Below are positions 8,329 through 17,693 of a stretch of DNA of 64,000 nucleotides, piece after piece. Below the pieces are notes generated by a model, which saw only the letters and a program-made list of their open reading frames with translations, was not told where the DNA came from and ran no database searches. The stretch spans positions 1,344,001-1,408,000 of the forward strand of contig CAXXTU010000002.1 in assembly GCA_963662655.2 (NCBI GenBank), in the 5' to 3' direction. Source of the DNA: Candidatus Cloacimonadales bacterium (GTDB lineage: Bacteria > Cloacimonadota > Cloacimonadia > Cloacimonadales > JAIOQZ01). The position numbers and the translations under genes were made by a program. Each line of letters starts with the position of its first letter. Position 1 is the first letter of the stretch.

Positions 8329-9288
8329 CTAAATGGTTTCACTGGACGAGATGTTTTCTTCCAGAACAACAGGAATTCCATTCCAGCGTTCGATCAGCTT
8401 GTTGTAATCGGTATCCGCGCTCGAAACCTGCATTTTGCTTTCTTTGAGTTCCCAAAGCAGCCTGCGGCCGGTTCGATTGCAGTAGATGAATGTGTCACTC
8501 ACGCTTCCGCGAACCATGTCAATCAACTTGTCCATGTTGCCGGAAGTAGGCTTCTTCCCTGTCGCATCCTGGATGGAAACGTAAGCCGCGACGTTATCGG
8601 TTGTCGCGACAAGCAATCCCATGTAGGCTTCGTATAGGGCCTGATATACGGGCTTCACGGCGCCGGTTGAAGTATTGACGACAACCATCACCGGAGTTCC
8701 GTTGTTCAACGGGCGCACCGTTATCAGATGACCTTCCGCGAAGGCGTTCTCGTTGAAGAGACCGCAGCATGTGCCGGGTTTCCAGCGCACGGCGAGGATT
8801 GTGGTCCTGCTTCCCGAAGCTCCGGTCGCGTCGATAGTATTGCTGTTTGCGACAGCGTGCTGGCGGAGACCGGTGAATCCCTCCTCGTTGCCGAGAGATG
8901 TGTCGGTTCCGTAAACAAGCTGGCGCGCCGCCGTCTGGCCGAGTCCCTCGACAAACGAGGGAAGCTCATCGGCAAAGTACTTCTCCACGCCACCCGGGTA
9001 ACTCTCGCAGATCGCCTTGTCTTCCTGCTGGATGTCGGTGAGAATCTTGAGATCGGATTGTTGCACGATGTCCTCGGTGGTATGCGGAACGATGGAGCCG
9101 TTCACGGCACGGAAACCGCCGCCCGGGAGTTCCGGCTTGATTTTGAACTTGTGAAAGATGCCATGACTCGCCTTGATGAACGGCATGGTTGAGAGAATTC
9201 CGGATTCTCTGATCAGAGAATCGATGATCGATGTCTGGTTCGGTACGTTGTATGCCGCAGCCAGTTTCATGAGTGTTGCACTTGCCAT
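8329..9288 (-). CDS. Major capsid protein, HK97 fold (BPP-1 Bbp17 / epsilon15 gp7-like)
   Basis: IIDSL..ESGIL..MPF, LP..GFRAVN, LVYG..., GFTGL, TTILAVRW, IYCNRT, WNGIPV...ENI..SE. Confidence 0.85.
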   Translation of the reverse strand: MASATLMKLAAAYNVPNQTSIIDSLIRESGILSTMPFIKASHGIFHKFKIKPELPGGGFRAVNGSIVPHTTEDIVQQSDLKILTDIQQEDKAICESYPGGVEKYFADELPSFVEGLGQTAARQLVYGTDTSLGNEEGFTGLRQHAVANSNTIDATGASGSRTTILAVRWKPGTCCGLFNENAFAEGHLITVRPLNNGTPVMVVVNTSTGAVKPVYQALYEAYMGLLVATTDNVAAYVSIQDATGKKPTSGNMDKLIDMVRGSVSDTFIYCNRTGRRLLWELKESKMQVSSADTDYNKLIERWNGIPVVLEENISSSETI

Positions 9289-9855
9289 TTATCCTCCAAA
9301 TGCCTTGAAAACTTCAGTTAAATCCGTCCGCTTGCAGGGCTTGATTCCCTGAATCGGGCGAGCGCTGTCGTAGGTTTGTTCTTTCTCGAAGTATCCTGCC
9401 TTGAGATACGGCTTGATCGTCTGCAAGTTGTGATTGATGTCATCGGGAGAAAGAGGTTCCGTATCCGTTCCGAACCGGAAATCATCCCGGATCCGAAGCA
9501 TCTTCATGTACCGGGGATCATCCTCCGGAACTTCAAAGAAACGCTCGTACTCCTCCCAACGCTTTCTCCTGGATTCCTGAACCTGAACCCTCAGACCCTC
9601 GAGTTCTTCCTGAAGCGCTTCGACGTTCAGGTCTTCGAATCCCTTGAGCTTCCGCTTGTAACCTTCGAGCTCCAACTGCAGCTCCCGGACCTCCTCACGA
9701 AGTTCGTTTCGCTGAGAAATGACTTCGTCGAAGCGTGATTTGGGTATCTGGTTTTCGCTGGAAGCTGTCTGGATTTCGTCGAGAACCAGTTGCAGATCGT
9801 TCAGCAGATCGTTGTTCTCAATGGCGTGTTTCGCCAGGATATCCGTTAATGTCAT
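9289..9855 (-). CDS. Capsid scaffolding protein (GP20-like)
   Basis: IPKSRFDEV motif followed by coiled coil; directly upstream of the capsid gene; GGAGG SD. Confidence 0.75.
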   Translation of the reverse strand: MTLTDILAKHAIENNDLLNDLQLVLDEIQTASSENQIPKSRFDEVISQRNELREEVRELQLELEGYKRKLKGFEDLNVEALQEELEGLRVQVQESRRKRWEEYERFFEVPEDDPRYMKMLRIRDDFRFGTDTEPLSPDDINHNLQTIKPYLKAGYFEKEQTYDSARPIQGIKPCKRTDLTEVFKAFGG

Positions 9856-10099
9856 TGTCCCTCCATTTGCTATCGCTGTTTTGTCAGCGTGTATTGGCGT
9901 GTGATCCGTTCGATAGGCACAGCGGTGCCATTAGTCTTACGGCCAAGAACTAAAGGTGAACTTGAATAGTTTGAAACGAAGCGCTCAGTACAACGTGATC
10001 ATGGGAATGATTCGCTAGCTGAGTCGCGTAAGATGTCATCATTTTTTACGGTGCATGCCACCGGTTTCACAAATTTGTCCGAGCTACATACTCACCGGC

Positions 10100-10128
10100 A
10101 ATATATACGATACCTAAATAATTGTCAA
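10100..10128 (-). promoter_or_regulatory. Sigma70-like promoter for the phage-like operon
   Basis: Minus strand TTGACA-N17-TATATT, about 240 nt upstream of the scaffold ATG. Confidence 0.7.
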
Positions 10129-10290
10129 GCAAAAAGTTATAAATTTATATCTCTTGTTATTTCTTAGATTTTCCTTTCCGAACAACAGTTACTTTTCGTT
10201 TCGTTTAACAAATCTAACCGCCGTACATGAACCTTTTTTTATTGACGTAAATGAATCCGTTCGTCTTTACATGCTTACAAAGGAGAAACG

Positions 10291-11832
10291 ATGTTCGGGA
10301 AAACTTTATCATACGCCATTCAGGGGATCGATGCCGATCTTGTGGCTGTCGAAGCAGATATCAAAGGGGGAATGAGCAAGTTCTCTATAGTCGGGCTTCC
10401 ATCCAATTCCGTCAAGGAGAGCCGTGATCGCGTTTCAGCGGCGATCAAGAACAGCGGATACAAGTTCTTTTCGTACAACTACACGGTCAATCTCGCGCCT
10501 GCCGATCTGCGCAAAGAAGGCGTATCCTTCGATTTACCCGTCGCGGTTGCGATTCTTGCCGCTTCGCATCAAATCAAATCCGAGCATCTTGAAGACACGG
10601 TAATCGTCGGAGAGCTTTCCCTAGATGGAGAAGTACGACCCGTTCGCGGGATCCTCCCCATCGCCATGAGCTGTAAACACGACAAGATAAAGAGGATTAT
10701 CGTGCCCCGTGAGAATGCGGAAGAAGCGGCCATTATCGACGAGCTAGAGGTGTATCCCGTCGATACATTGACCGACACCGTCGACTTTCTGCAGGACTTC
10801 CTCCAGATCGAGCCTGCGAAGGTCGATCGGGAGAAGATATTCTCCAACTTGAACATCAGCATGGTGGACATGTTCGATGTGAAAGGGCAATTCCATGTGA
10901 AGCGAGCTATGGAGATTGCCGCTGCCGGCGGTCACAACCTTCTGATGATTGGCCCTCCCGGATCGGGTAAAACCATGCTCGCGCGTCGCCTACCAACAGT
11001 TTTACCGGATTTGAGTCTCGAAGAAGCGCTTGAGACCACCAAGATTCACTCTGTTGCCGGCCTGATTGCAAACAACGGCAAAGGTGTCATATCGGAGCGA
11101 CCCTACCGCTCGCCGCACCACACGATTAGCGACATCGGCCTGATCGGCGGAGGAAGCTATCCCAAACCGGGCGAAGTATCGCTCGCGCACAACGGAGTGC
11201 TCTTCCTCGATGAGCTACCCGAGTTCAAGAAATCCGTTCTGGAAGTATTGCGTCAGCCGCTCGAAGACGGAGTCGTCAACATCACCCGCGCCACGCAGAG
11301 TCTCTCCTTTCCGGCGGAATTCATGATGGTGGCCTCGATGAACCCATGTCCATGCGGGTACTACGGCAACTCCATCCCGGGGCACACATGCTCATGCCCC
11401 ATGACAAGCATTCAGCGATACCGCTCCCGGATTTCCGGTCCGCTTCTCGATCGCATCGACATCCATATCGAAGTACCAGCGGTCAAATACGAAGAGCTGA
11501 GCTCTCTGCCGACCGGCGAGAAGTCCGACATGATCCGACAGAGAGTTAACAAGGCCCGAAACATACAGTTGAAGCGCTTCGAGGGCACCAGCGTTTTCTG
11601 CAACGCACAGATGAACTCGAAGATGATCCGCAAATATTGCGCGATCGACGATCAGGGAAAATTACTGCTGCGTAAAGCGGTCGACAGGCTGGGACTCTCC
11701 GCCAGGGCGTTCGATCGTATCCTTAAGGTTTCAAGAACCATTGCCGATATGGACGGTTCTGATCATATTAACAGTTCCCACCTCAGCGAAGCTGTCCAAT
11801 ACAGAAGCATGGACAGGAAATTTGTGGAATAA
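10291..11832 (+). CDS. comM: YifB/ComM Mg-chelatase-like AAA+ ATPase (DNA recombination helicase)
   Basis: VGLP...[63 protein letters not shown]. Confidence 0.95.
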   Translation: MFGKTLSYAIQGIDADLVAVEADIKGGMSKFSIVGLPSNSVKESRDRVSAAIKNSGYKFFSYNYTVNLAPADLRKEGVSFDLPVAVAILAASHQIKSEHLEDTVIVGELSLDGEVRPVRGILPIAMSCKHDKIKRIIVPRENAEEAAIIDELEVYPVDTLTDTVDFLQDFLQIEPAKVDREKIFSNLNISMVDMFDVKGQFHVKRAMEIAAAGGHNLLMIGPPGSGKTMLARRLPTVLPDLSLEEALETTKIHSVAGLIANNGKGVISERPYRSPHHTISDIGLIGGGSYPKPGEVSLAHNGVLFLDELPEFKKSVLEVLRQPLEDGVVNITRATQSLSFPAEFMMVASMNPCPCGYYGNSIPGHTCSCPMTSIQRYRSRISGPLLDRIDIHIEVPAVKYEELSSLPTGEKSDMIRQRVNKARNIQLKRFEGTSVFCNAQMNSKMIRKYCAIDDQGKLLLRKAVDRLGLSARAFDRILKVSRTIADMDGSDHINSSHLSEAVQYRSMDRKFVE

Positions 11833-11843
11833 GCTCCCACCCA

Positions 11844-12046
11844 GCGGCGGGACGGCGTTGAAAACTCATTCGCCCCGCGTTGATTCATGCAACACCGAAT
11901 TCTGAGAACCAATTATGAGGCATGAACCAGCGCGGGGCTTTCCATGAGTTTTCTGGGAACGATTTCCCGTACAACCATAATCCATTTCGTGGTTCATCAA
12001 GCGGGAAATCGTTTCGTGCGCGCAGCGCACAACGCCGTCCCGCCGC
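11844..12046 (+). repeat. Four-way-junction structured repeat, copy A
   Basis: P1 11844-59/12031-46, P2 11860-69/11944-53, P3 11956-70/12001-15, P4 GTGCGC-GCA-GCGCAC 12016-30. Confidence 0.8.
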
Positions 12047-12140
12047 GGCAGCCGGTTGAGCAGACTCGAAGTTTCCGCTTCCCGAAGAAAAAGGTCGCAA
12101 GTAATACTTGCGACCTGAAGAAAGTGAGAGTTTTTGCAGC

Positions 12141-15100
12141 TTAGGGCTGGTCACTCACGACGATTTTGTAGAACAGCTTCGAATTAGCTCCGGGATCAAC
12201 CTGCAAGCTGCTGTCCTGCGTCGTGTACAGATAGGTTGTCTCGTCGCACGGGAAGTCGGGAGACTGCCCGGCATAGACCTTGTACCACACGCCGTTGAGC
12301 TCGCTGTAGCTGTTGCCTTCGAATGTTCCATTCGTCACAGCCGACCATTCCAGATTCACGTCGGAACCGTCCCTGCTGATCGTAACCATTCGAACGGCAT
12401 CCGGAGCGATGTTATCCACGGAGTAGCCGCTCATGGTGTCCGACGACCACAGACCTTCCGCCCGATGATGCATCACCATGAACGTTGCCTCGTTCGTGCC
12501 CGAAGCCGATGAATCGGCGAGCGTCGGAGCGTTGAAGATGTAGTAGTCGTTCATGATTGCCGGGACGGAAGCGATGTATGCCCAGTAGTAGTCATCGTAA
12601 CGAAGATAGAGTAGGTCTCTCGATTCCTCAGACGCAGCAATCAGCGTCTCGGGATTATCGAACACGACATAGCCGTTTGACCTAACAACTTCGTCCATGC
12701 GCCATACGCTGTAGTAAGCGCTGAAATCGTACGTGCTGTCAAAAGAGCTTCCTTTCCAAAGTAGCTGAACCTGGTGTCCCTGATCGCCGGGGATATCTTT
12801 GACATGCGCCATCGCCGGCGCCGATTGGTCGAAATAGGTGTATCCGATATCCGCTCTCGTACCATCCAGATCATTTTCAGTCAAAGGATTACCGTTATCA
12901 ATCAACGGCGACTTCGTCTCGTCTTCATCTGGATACGATGCCCAGGTTGGAGCATATGACGAATCCCATAACGGATCTGCATCTATGATGGATTCTTCGT
13001 TCACAGTAATGTTATTACCACTATACGAACCTCCATCGGGCAAAACGCAGTAGAAAACATTGGCCGATGTTGCACCGTTTCCAGCGCTTCGAATTAGTTT
13101 TGTACAGCTATCCCAAAATACCGTATTGTTAATTGAAATGTGAAGGATAGTGCCCACTTCGGGATACGCATATATTTCTGAGTCATAATAGGTAGCGTCA
13201 TTATCCGTTATGGTGCAATTATCGATAAATAACTCATCGTCCAAGCCTAGGAATATGATTGCTCCGGAATCCGAGCTGTTTCTTTCAAGCAAACAATGAT
13301 CGAGATGCAGATACGACCTGCTAGCACAAAAAACACCACCATAATTTACAGCGAAATTGTCGGCAAATCTGCAATCGGTGATAGAGGCCGAAGCTCTAAA
13401 TAATCCGATAGCTCCACCCTGGTGCCCCGACATGTTGTTCGAGAAATTGGAATTCGAGATTGTTACACTGTGGGATTCATTTAGCATAATGGCTGCTCCG
13501 TTTCCATATACAAAATCTTGATTTTGTAAATTCATCTCGGTAAAGCTACACCAATCGAATATACAATTTCCGGAATCATTTCCATCAACAACGACGTGGC
13601 CTGTCTTGATACCGGAGAATGTCGGTCCGAACGTGACAGGACTTTCTCTCGTTCCTTCTGCTTGGATATCGCCCAATACAGTCAGATCCCACTCACCGTT
13701 GAACTGAACGTCCACACCGGGCTCAATTATCAAAGATTGACCTTCAGGCACTGTGACAGGTCCTCCAATCTTGTATGGACTTCCGGCAATATCCCAAACG
13801 CCATATTCTTCACCCATCACATGCATCTCTTGTTCGTAAGCCTTCCAACCAACATCCGTTACCGTGTTATCCGCATCCGGCGAGAACTCCGGATCTCCGC
13901 CATCAATCAGCGGCGATCTGAAGGAATCATGATCCGGATATGAGCTCCATGAAGGGCCATAATCAATATCGAACAACGGATCCTTATTGAAGTTGTTCTC
14001 CAGTGTTTCAGCTCCGGTCGCACCGTGAATGGTTCCTCCCCCCTGAATATCGCAGTACTTTACCGTAAGATCCATGATACCCGCGCCTGTACAATAAACA
14101 TAGTACGTTTCGTTATCCCAAAATACGGAGTTGGTGATGCTCAAATCTATCGTACTGCTTGGCATTACAAGGATATCCGCAGAAATGGTCGGAGAATCGT
14201 TATAACTGATTGTGCAATGATCCATCGTGATTTCACCGGCAGATTCAAAACTAAGGGCTCCACCGTAAGACCCTATTCCACCGGCAAACAGGCAGTGATC
14301 GATTGAAACCGTTGAATTGTTTGTAGCAATCGACCCGCCATACATTGCAGAATTATTCTCAAACCGGCAGTTTGAAACCGTTCCGATTGAATTCATGAAA
14401 TAGAGTGCACCACCACGGTCACCGGCAGTATTGTTATAGAAAACACAATCGGTAAAATCCACTCCCATCATACTTTGCACACTAACGGCAGCGCCCTGAT
14501 TCCCATCACCCAAGCCATCGGGTGTTTCCAGGTTGAGGAAATAGCAATTGCTGAAAGTCGAGGTTACACCACTGTTGCTCGTTATAAAAATATGCCCAAC
14601 TTCGCTGCCAACAGTAGCAGGAGCGAAAGTTATAGGGTCATTCGACGTTCCATTGGCGAAAATCTCGCCTTGTGCTTCAATATTGTACTGACCATGATAA
14701 TAAACCGTTACGCCTTGCTCTATCGTTAGTGATTCCCCGGCTGGGATCAATAAGTTTTCCGTAACATTAACCGTCTGCCCGGCCGTCCATAAACCGTAAA
14801 CCATTGAAACATCTGCGTCAAGAAGCACATCATCAACACTGAAATAGTTGATATAATAAGAGTCGCCACTAAAGAAGAACCTGAATTGGAAATTCTGGGT
14901 ATCAACCAGAGAATTATCGATATCAAACGACATCTCAGTCGGTGCAATATGTGCGGAAGGAGACACGCTCCAGATCGTCGTCCACGTCTCGTCCGAACCG
15001 TAAATCATCAATCCAACAGTGTATTGGCCAATCCCATCGAAATGACTTACGTTGTATCTGAATGACAGCGTAATATCACGATAACTCGATGTATTGAAGC

Positions 15101-15338
15101 CCGGGCTTGTGAAATACTGGTCACCGGTTGTTTCCGGATTGTATGCAAACCTCGCTTCCGGAGCAGTTCCTCCGGCAAAGCTCGAGGCTCCCTGAACCCA
15201 GTTATCTCCATTGTTCGCTCCGCTTCTGGCCCACCCGCTTGGCGGAAACGTCCCCGAAAAATCCTGTACGTGAAGATTGGCTGCGCTTATGTTAACCGCA
15301 ACCAATAACAACAGCAATAAAAAATGATAGGTTTTCAT
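12141..15338 (-). CDS. Large secreted protein with two right-handed beta-helix (pectin-lyase-like/Pmp-like) modules and a C-terminal FN3-like domain
   Basis: Signal peptide; GGA(L/I) and F..N repeats; two modules each ending SPLIDxG.P...D...TD(V/I)G. Confidence 0.75.
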   Translation of the reverse strand: MKTYHFLLLLLLVAVNISAANLHVQDFSGTFPPSGWARSGANNGDNWVQGASSFAGGTAPEARFAYNPETTGDQYFTSPGFNTSSYRDITLSFRYNVSHFDGIGQYTVGLMIYGSDETWTTIWSVSPSAHIAPTEMSFDIDNSLVDTQNFQFRFFFSGDSYYINYFSVDDVLLDADVSMVYGLWTAGQTVNVTENLLIPAGESLTIEQGVTVYYHGQYNIEAQGEIFANGTSNDPITFAPATVGSEVGHIFITSNSGVTSTFSNCYFLNLETPDGLGDGNQGAAVSVQSMMGVDFTDCVFYNNTAGDRGGALYFMNSIGTVSNCRFENNSAMYGGSIATNNSTVSIDHCLFAGGIGSYGGALSFESAGEITMDHCTISYNDSPTISADILVMPSSTIDLSITNSVFWDNETYYVYCTGAGIMDLTVKYCDIQGGGTIHGATGAETLENNFNKDPLFDIDYGPSWSSYPDHDSFRSPLIDGGDPEFSPDADNTVTDVGWKAYEQEMHVMGEEYGVWDIAGSPYKIGGPVTVPEGQSLIIEPGVDVQFNGEWDLTVLGDIQAEGTRESPVTFGPTFSGIKTGHVVVDGNDSGNCIFDWCSFTEMNLQNQDFVYGNGAAIMLNESHSVTISNSNFSNNMSGHQGGAIGLFRASASITDCRFADNFAVNYGGVFCASRSYLHLDHCLLERNSSDSGAIIFLGLDDELFIDNCTITDNDATYYDSEIYAYPEVGTILHISINNTVFWDSCTKLIRSAGNGATSANVFYCVLPDGGSYSGNNITVNEESIIDADPLWDSSYAPTWASYPDEDETKSPLIDNGNPLTENDLDGTRADIGYTYFDQSAPAMAHVKDIPGDQGHQVQLLWKGSSFDSTYDFSAYYSVWRMDEVVRSNGYVVFDNPETLIAASEESRDLLYLRYDDYYWAYIASVPAIMNDYYIFNAPTLADSSASGTNEATFMVMHHRAEGLWSSDTMSGYSVDNIAPDAVRMVTISRDGSDVNLEWSAVTNGTFEGNSYSELNGVWYKVYAGQSPDFPCDETTYLYTTQDSSLQVDPGANSKLFYKIVVSDQP

Positions 15339-15717
15339 CCATCTCCCCTCTTGTTATTTTTTTTCTCTGCTCTTACATCTGAACATCCTGAGCTGAATTC
15401 CCCTGCTCTTCAGATGCACATCGTTCCCATTTTACCACGAAAAACTATATTGGTAAAGTGAATTAATTTCATCGCTGTTCTTTTTTTCGCTTCAAGAGCT
15501 AAGTACACTGTTCTTTCTCTCCGATTGTTAGTTTTATCTTGACGCAATTACCCTGAAACGCGCTTTTGCAGACGTAACAATCGTTATCTTGCGTTCCTAT
15601 AATGAATTATGGAGACGCTTCCTGAGCTTTTCGTTGGTGTTTTCGTGGAAAATTGTGAATGCGGATTTCCCGAAATCAAACGAAGAACCCGCAAAGAATC
15701 GATATGAAAGTTTTTTT

Positions 15718-16449
15718 TTATTTCTTGAATGCCTGAACGATCCCGCGCATAATCTCGGCGGCAGATCCCTTGAGAAAAATATCCGTTATGGATCGGGAGA
15801 AAGCGGAGCGTTCCGTGTTGATCTCGATGATCTTCGCTCCGTTCTCTTTCGCGAGGTACGGAACCATGCAGGCAGGCATCACCTGCCCCGTTGTTCCGAC
15901 GACGAGCATTACATCGGCCAAAGCCGCCTGCTCAAAGGCTTCGTCTCGTGCCTCGTCCGGAATCGGCTCCCCGAAGAAAACGAAATCCGGCTTGAGAAGT
16001 CCGCCGCAATTTCCGCAACTCGGCGGCAGCATATCGAGGTTAACCGTCGATGCTGCAAAGCGCTCCTTGCACTTCAGGCAAATCATCTGCTGCGAATTCC
16101 CGTGGAACTCGATCACTTTCTTCGTCCCGGCGATCTGATGCAGATTGTCGATGTTCTGCGTAACTACGGTGTCGATCCCGACTTCCTTCAGCAGCAGATG
16201 AGCGTCGTTGGGCCGGGCGTCTCCGAATTTTTCAAAGAAGATCGTCTTGATCCACTCCCAGCTATCCTCGGGATTGTTCAGAAAATATCCAATCTCAAGA
16301 AAGGATGGATCGTAGCGATTCCACAAACCGTTTTTTCCACGAAACGGAGGTATACCGCTTTCGACCGATATACCCGCTCCGGTAAAGGCTATCGGGTGTT
16401 TTGCATTCTTGAGAATTTGGGCGGCTTCCGTCACTTTATCTGATGGCAT
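15718..16449 (-). CDS. cobB: NAD-dependent deacylase (sirtuin)
   Basis: TGAGISVESGIPPFRG, TQNIDNLHQ, EFHG, CxxC..CxxC, KPDFVFFGE. Confidence 0.95.
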   Translation of the reverse strand: MPSDKVTEAAQILKNAKHPIAFTGAGISVESGIPPFRGKNGLWNRYDPSFLEIGYFLNNPEDSWEWIKTIFFEKFGDARPNDAHLLLKEVGIDTVVTQNIDNLHQIAGTKKVIEFHGNSQQMICLKCKERFAASTVNLDMLPPSCGNCGGLLKPDFVFFGEPIPDEARDEAFEQAALADVMLVVGTTGQVMPACMVPYLAKENGAKIIEINTERSAFSRSITDIFLKGSAAEIMRGIVQAFKK

Positions 16450-16550
16450 CGGGACTCCATTTTCATGTTTTTGTTTACAAAAAAAATTTACTTCTCAGAA
16501 TTGTTAAGCTTTTATTCTATAAAAATCTGGTGGAGAGAAGTGACCCTAAA

Positions 16551-17678
16551 ATGAAGAGAATGTTTCTGCTGCTTTTGACTCTGGCAATCGCGTTCGCGCT
16601 TCGCGCAGAAGTCACCGATATCACAATAAAATACAACGACGGCGCAGCCCCGGAAATCCTGGCAGCCGTCGAAATGAATGGCGTTCCCTATTTCAACGTT
16701 TACGAGCTGAACAAAGTCTTCAACGCCCGTATCCGCGAGGATGAAACCGACCAGCGACTCCGGGTGGATTTATACGGCGCTCAACTTATCTTTCTGATCA
16801 ACTCGGCGTGGTTCCAGGCTACGGATAAAAATTACCGCATGCTGTATCCGCTTCGAAGCGAAAACATGCGCTACTACCTCCCGCTATCGTTTATCGAGCA
16901 GAATCTTGCCGGCGTCCTCGGCGGAAAAATCGCCTATGATGCTTCGAAGAAAATCGTCACGGCCGAAGCCCCTGTCGATCACTCCATCAAGCGCATCATC
17001 CTCGATCCCGGACACGGCGGCGTCGACCCTGGCGCGATCGGATTTTCAAAGGATAACCACGAGAAGAACATCGTCCTCGATATCGCGAAAAAGCTGAAGA
17101 AACGTCTCGAATACGAGCTGGACATCGAAGTCCTCATGACCCGCGACACGGACGAATTCATCTCGCTCCGCAATCGTTCCAAATTCGCGAACGAGAATCA
17201 GGGCGACCTCTTTATTTCGATTCACTGCAACGCCTCCCCAAACAGGAAGACCACCGGAATCGAAGTTTTCTTCCTCTCCCCCGCCAAAACCAACGACGCC
17301 CGGGCCGTTGAAGCGCTGGAGAACTCTGTTGTCCAGAAGTACGAAGGCGGTGAGGACGCCGTGCGCCGTTACGACGACCTCTCGTTCATCCTGATGGACA
17401 TGGCGCAAACCGAGCAGTTGCAGGAGAGCTGCGACCTCGCGTGGAAGCTCCAGGCGAATCTCGTCTCTGCGTCCAGGAGCGTCGACAGGGGTGTCAAGCA
17501 GGCGGGATTCTACGTGCTTCGGGTATCCTTCATGCCGGCGGTGCTCGTCGAGCTTGGCTTTATTAGTAACAAAGACGAAGAGAAGAAGCTCTTGAGCTCT
17601 TCCTATCAGGATAAACTCGTCGCTGCCCTCTACGAGGGCATCAAAGATTTCAAATTCAAGTACGATCGCGTTCGCTGA
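16551..17678 (+). CDS. N-acetylmuramoyl-L-alanine amidase (Amidase_3)
   Basis: Signal peptide; ILDPGHGG.DPGA, EK..L, FISIHCNA, MPAVLVELGF. Confidence 0.93.
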   Translation: MKRMFLLLLTLAIAFALRAEVTDITIKYNDGAAPEILAAVEMNGVPYFNVYELNKVFNARIREDETDQRLRVDLYGAQLIFLINSAWFQATDKNYRMLYPLRSENMRYYLPLSFIEQNLAGVLGGKIAYDASKKIVTAEAPVDHSIKRIILDPGHGGVDPGAIGFSKDNHEKNIVLDIAKKLKKRLEYELDIEVLMTRDTDEFISLRNRSKFANENQGDLFISIHCNASPNRKTTGIEVFFLSPAKTNDARAVEALENSVVQKYEGGEDAVRRYDDLSFILMDMAQTEQLQESCDLAWKLQANLVSASRSVDRGVKQAGFYVLRVSFMPAVLVELGFISNKDEEKKLLSSSYQDKLVAALYEGIKDFKFKYDRVR

Positions 17679-17693
17679 TCGTTGGGAGACTGA

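Larger units (their letters stand above)
1012..10128 (-). other. Phage-derived head-tail-lysis operon without packaging, integration or replication genes (GTA-like / domesticated)
   Basis: 13 co-oriented, tightly packed reading frames in canonical virion gene order, bounded by pstS and comM. Confidence 0.75.

Noticed and set aside
2084..9288. Diversity-generating retroelement, suggested by the BPP-1-like capsid
   Set aside because: No reverse transcriptase and no TR/VR repeat pair seen in the window.
1012..10128. Complete inducible prophage, or satellite (PICI/cf-PICI)
   Set aside because: No integrase, repressor, primase/replication, terminase or portal genes, and no flanking direct repeats seen.
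15360..15715. Possible fifth junction element or riboswitch in this intergenic region
   Set aside because: Only weak hairpins; lacks the P1/P4 signature and any riboswitch motif I recognise.
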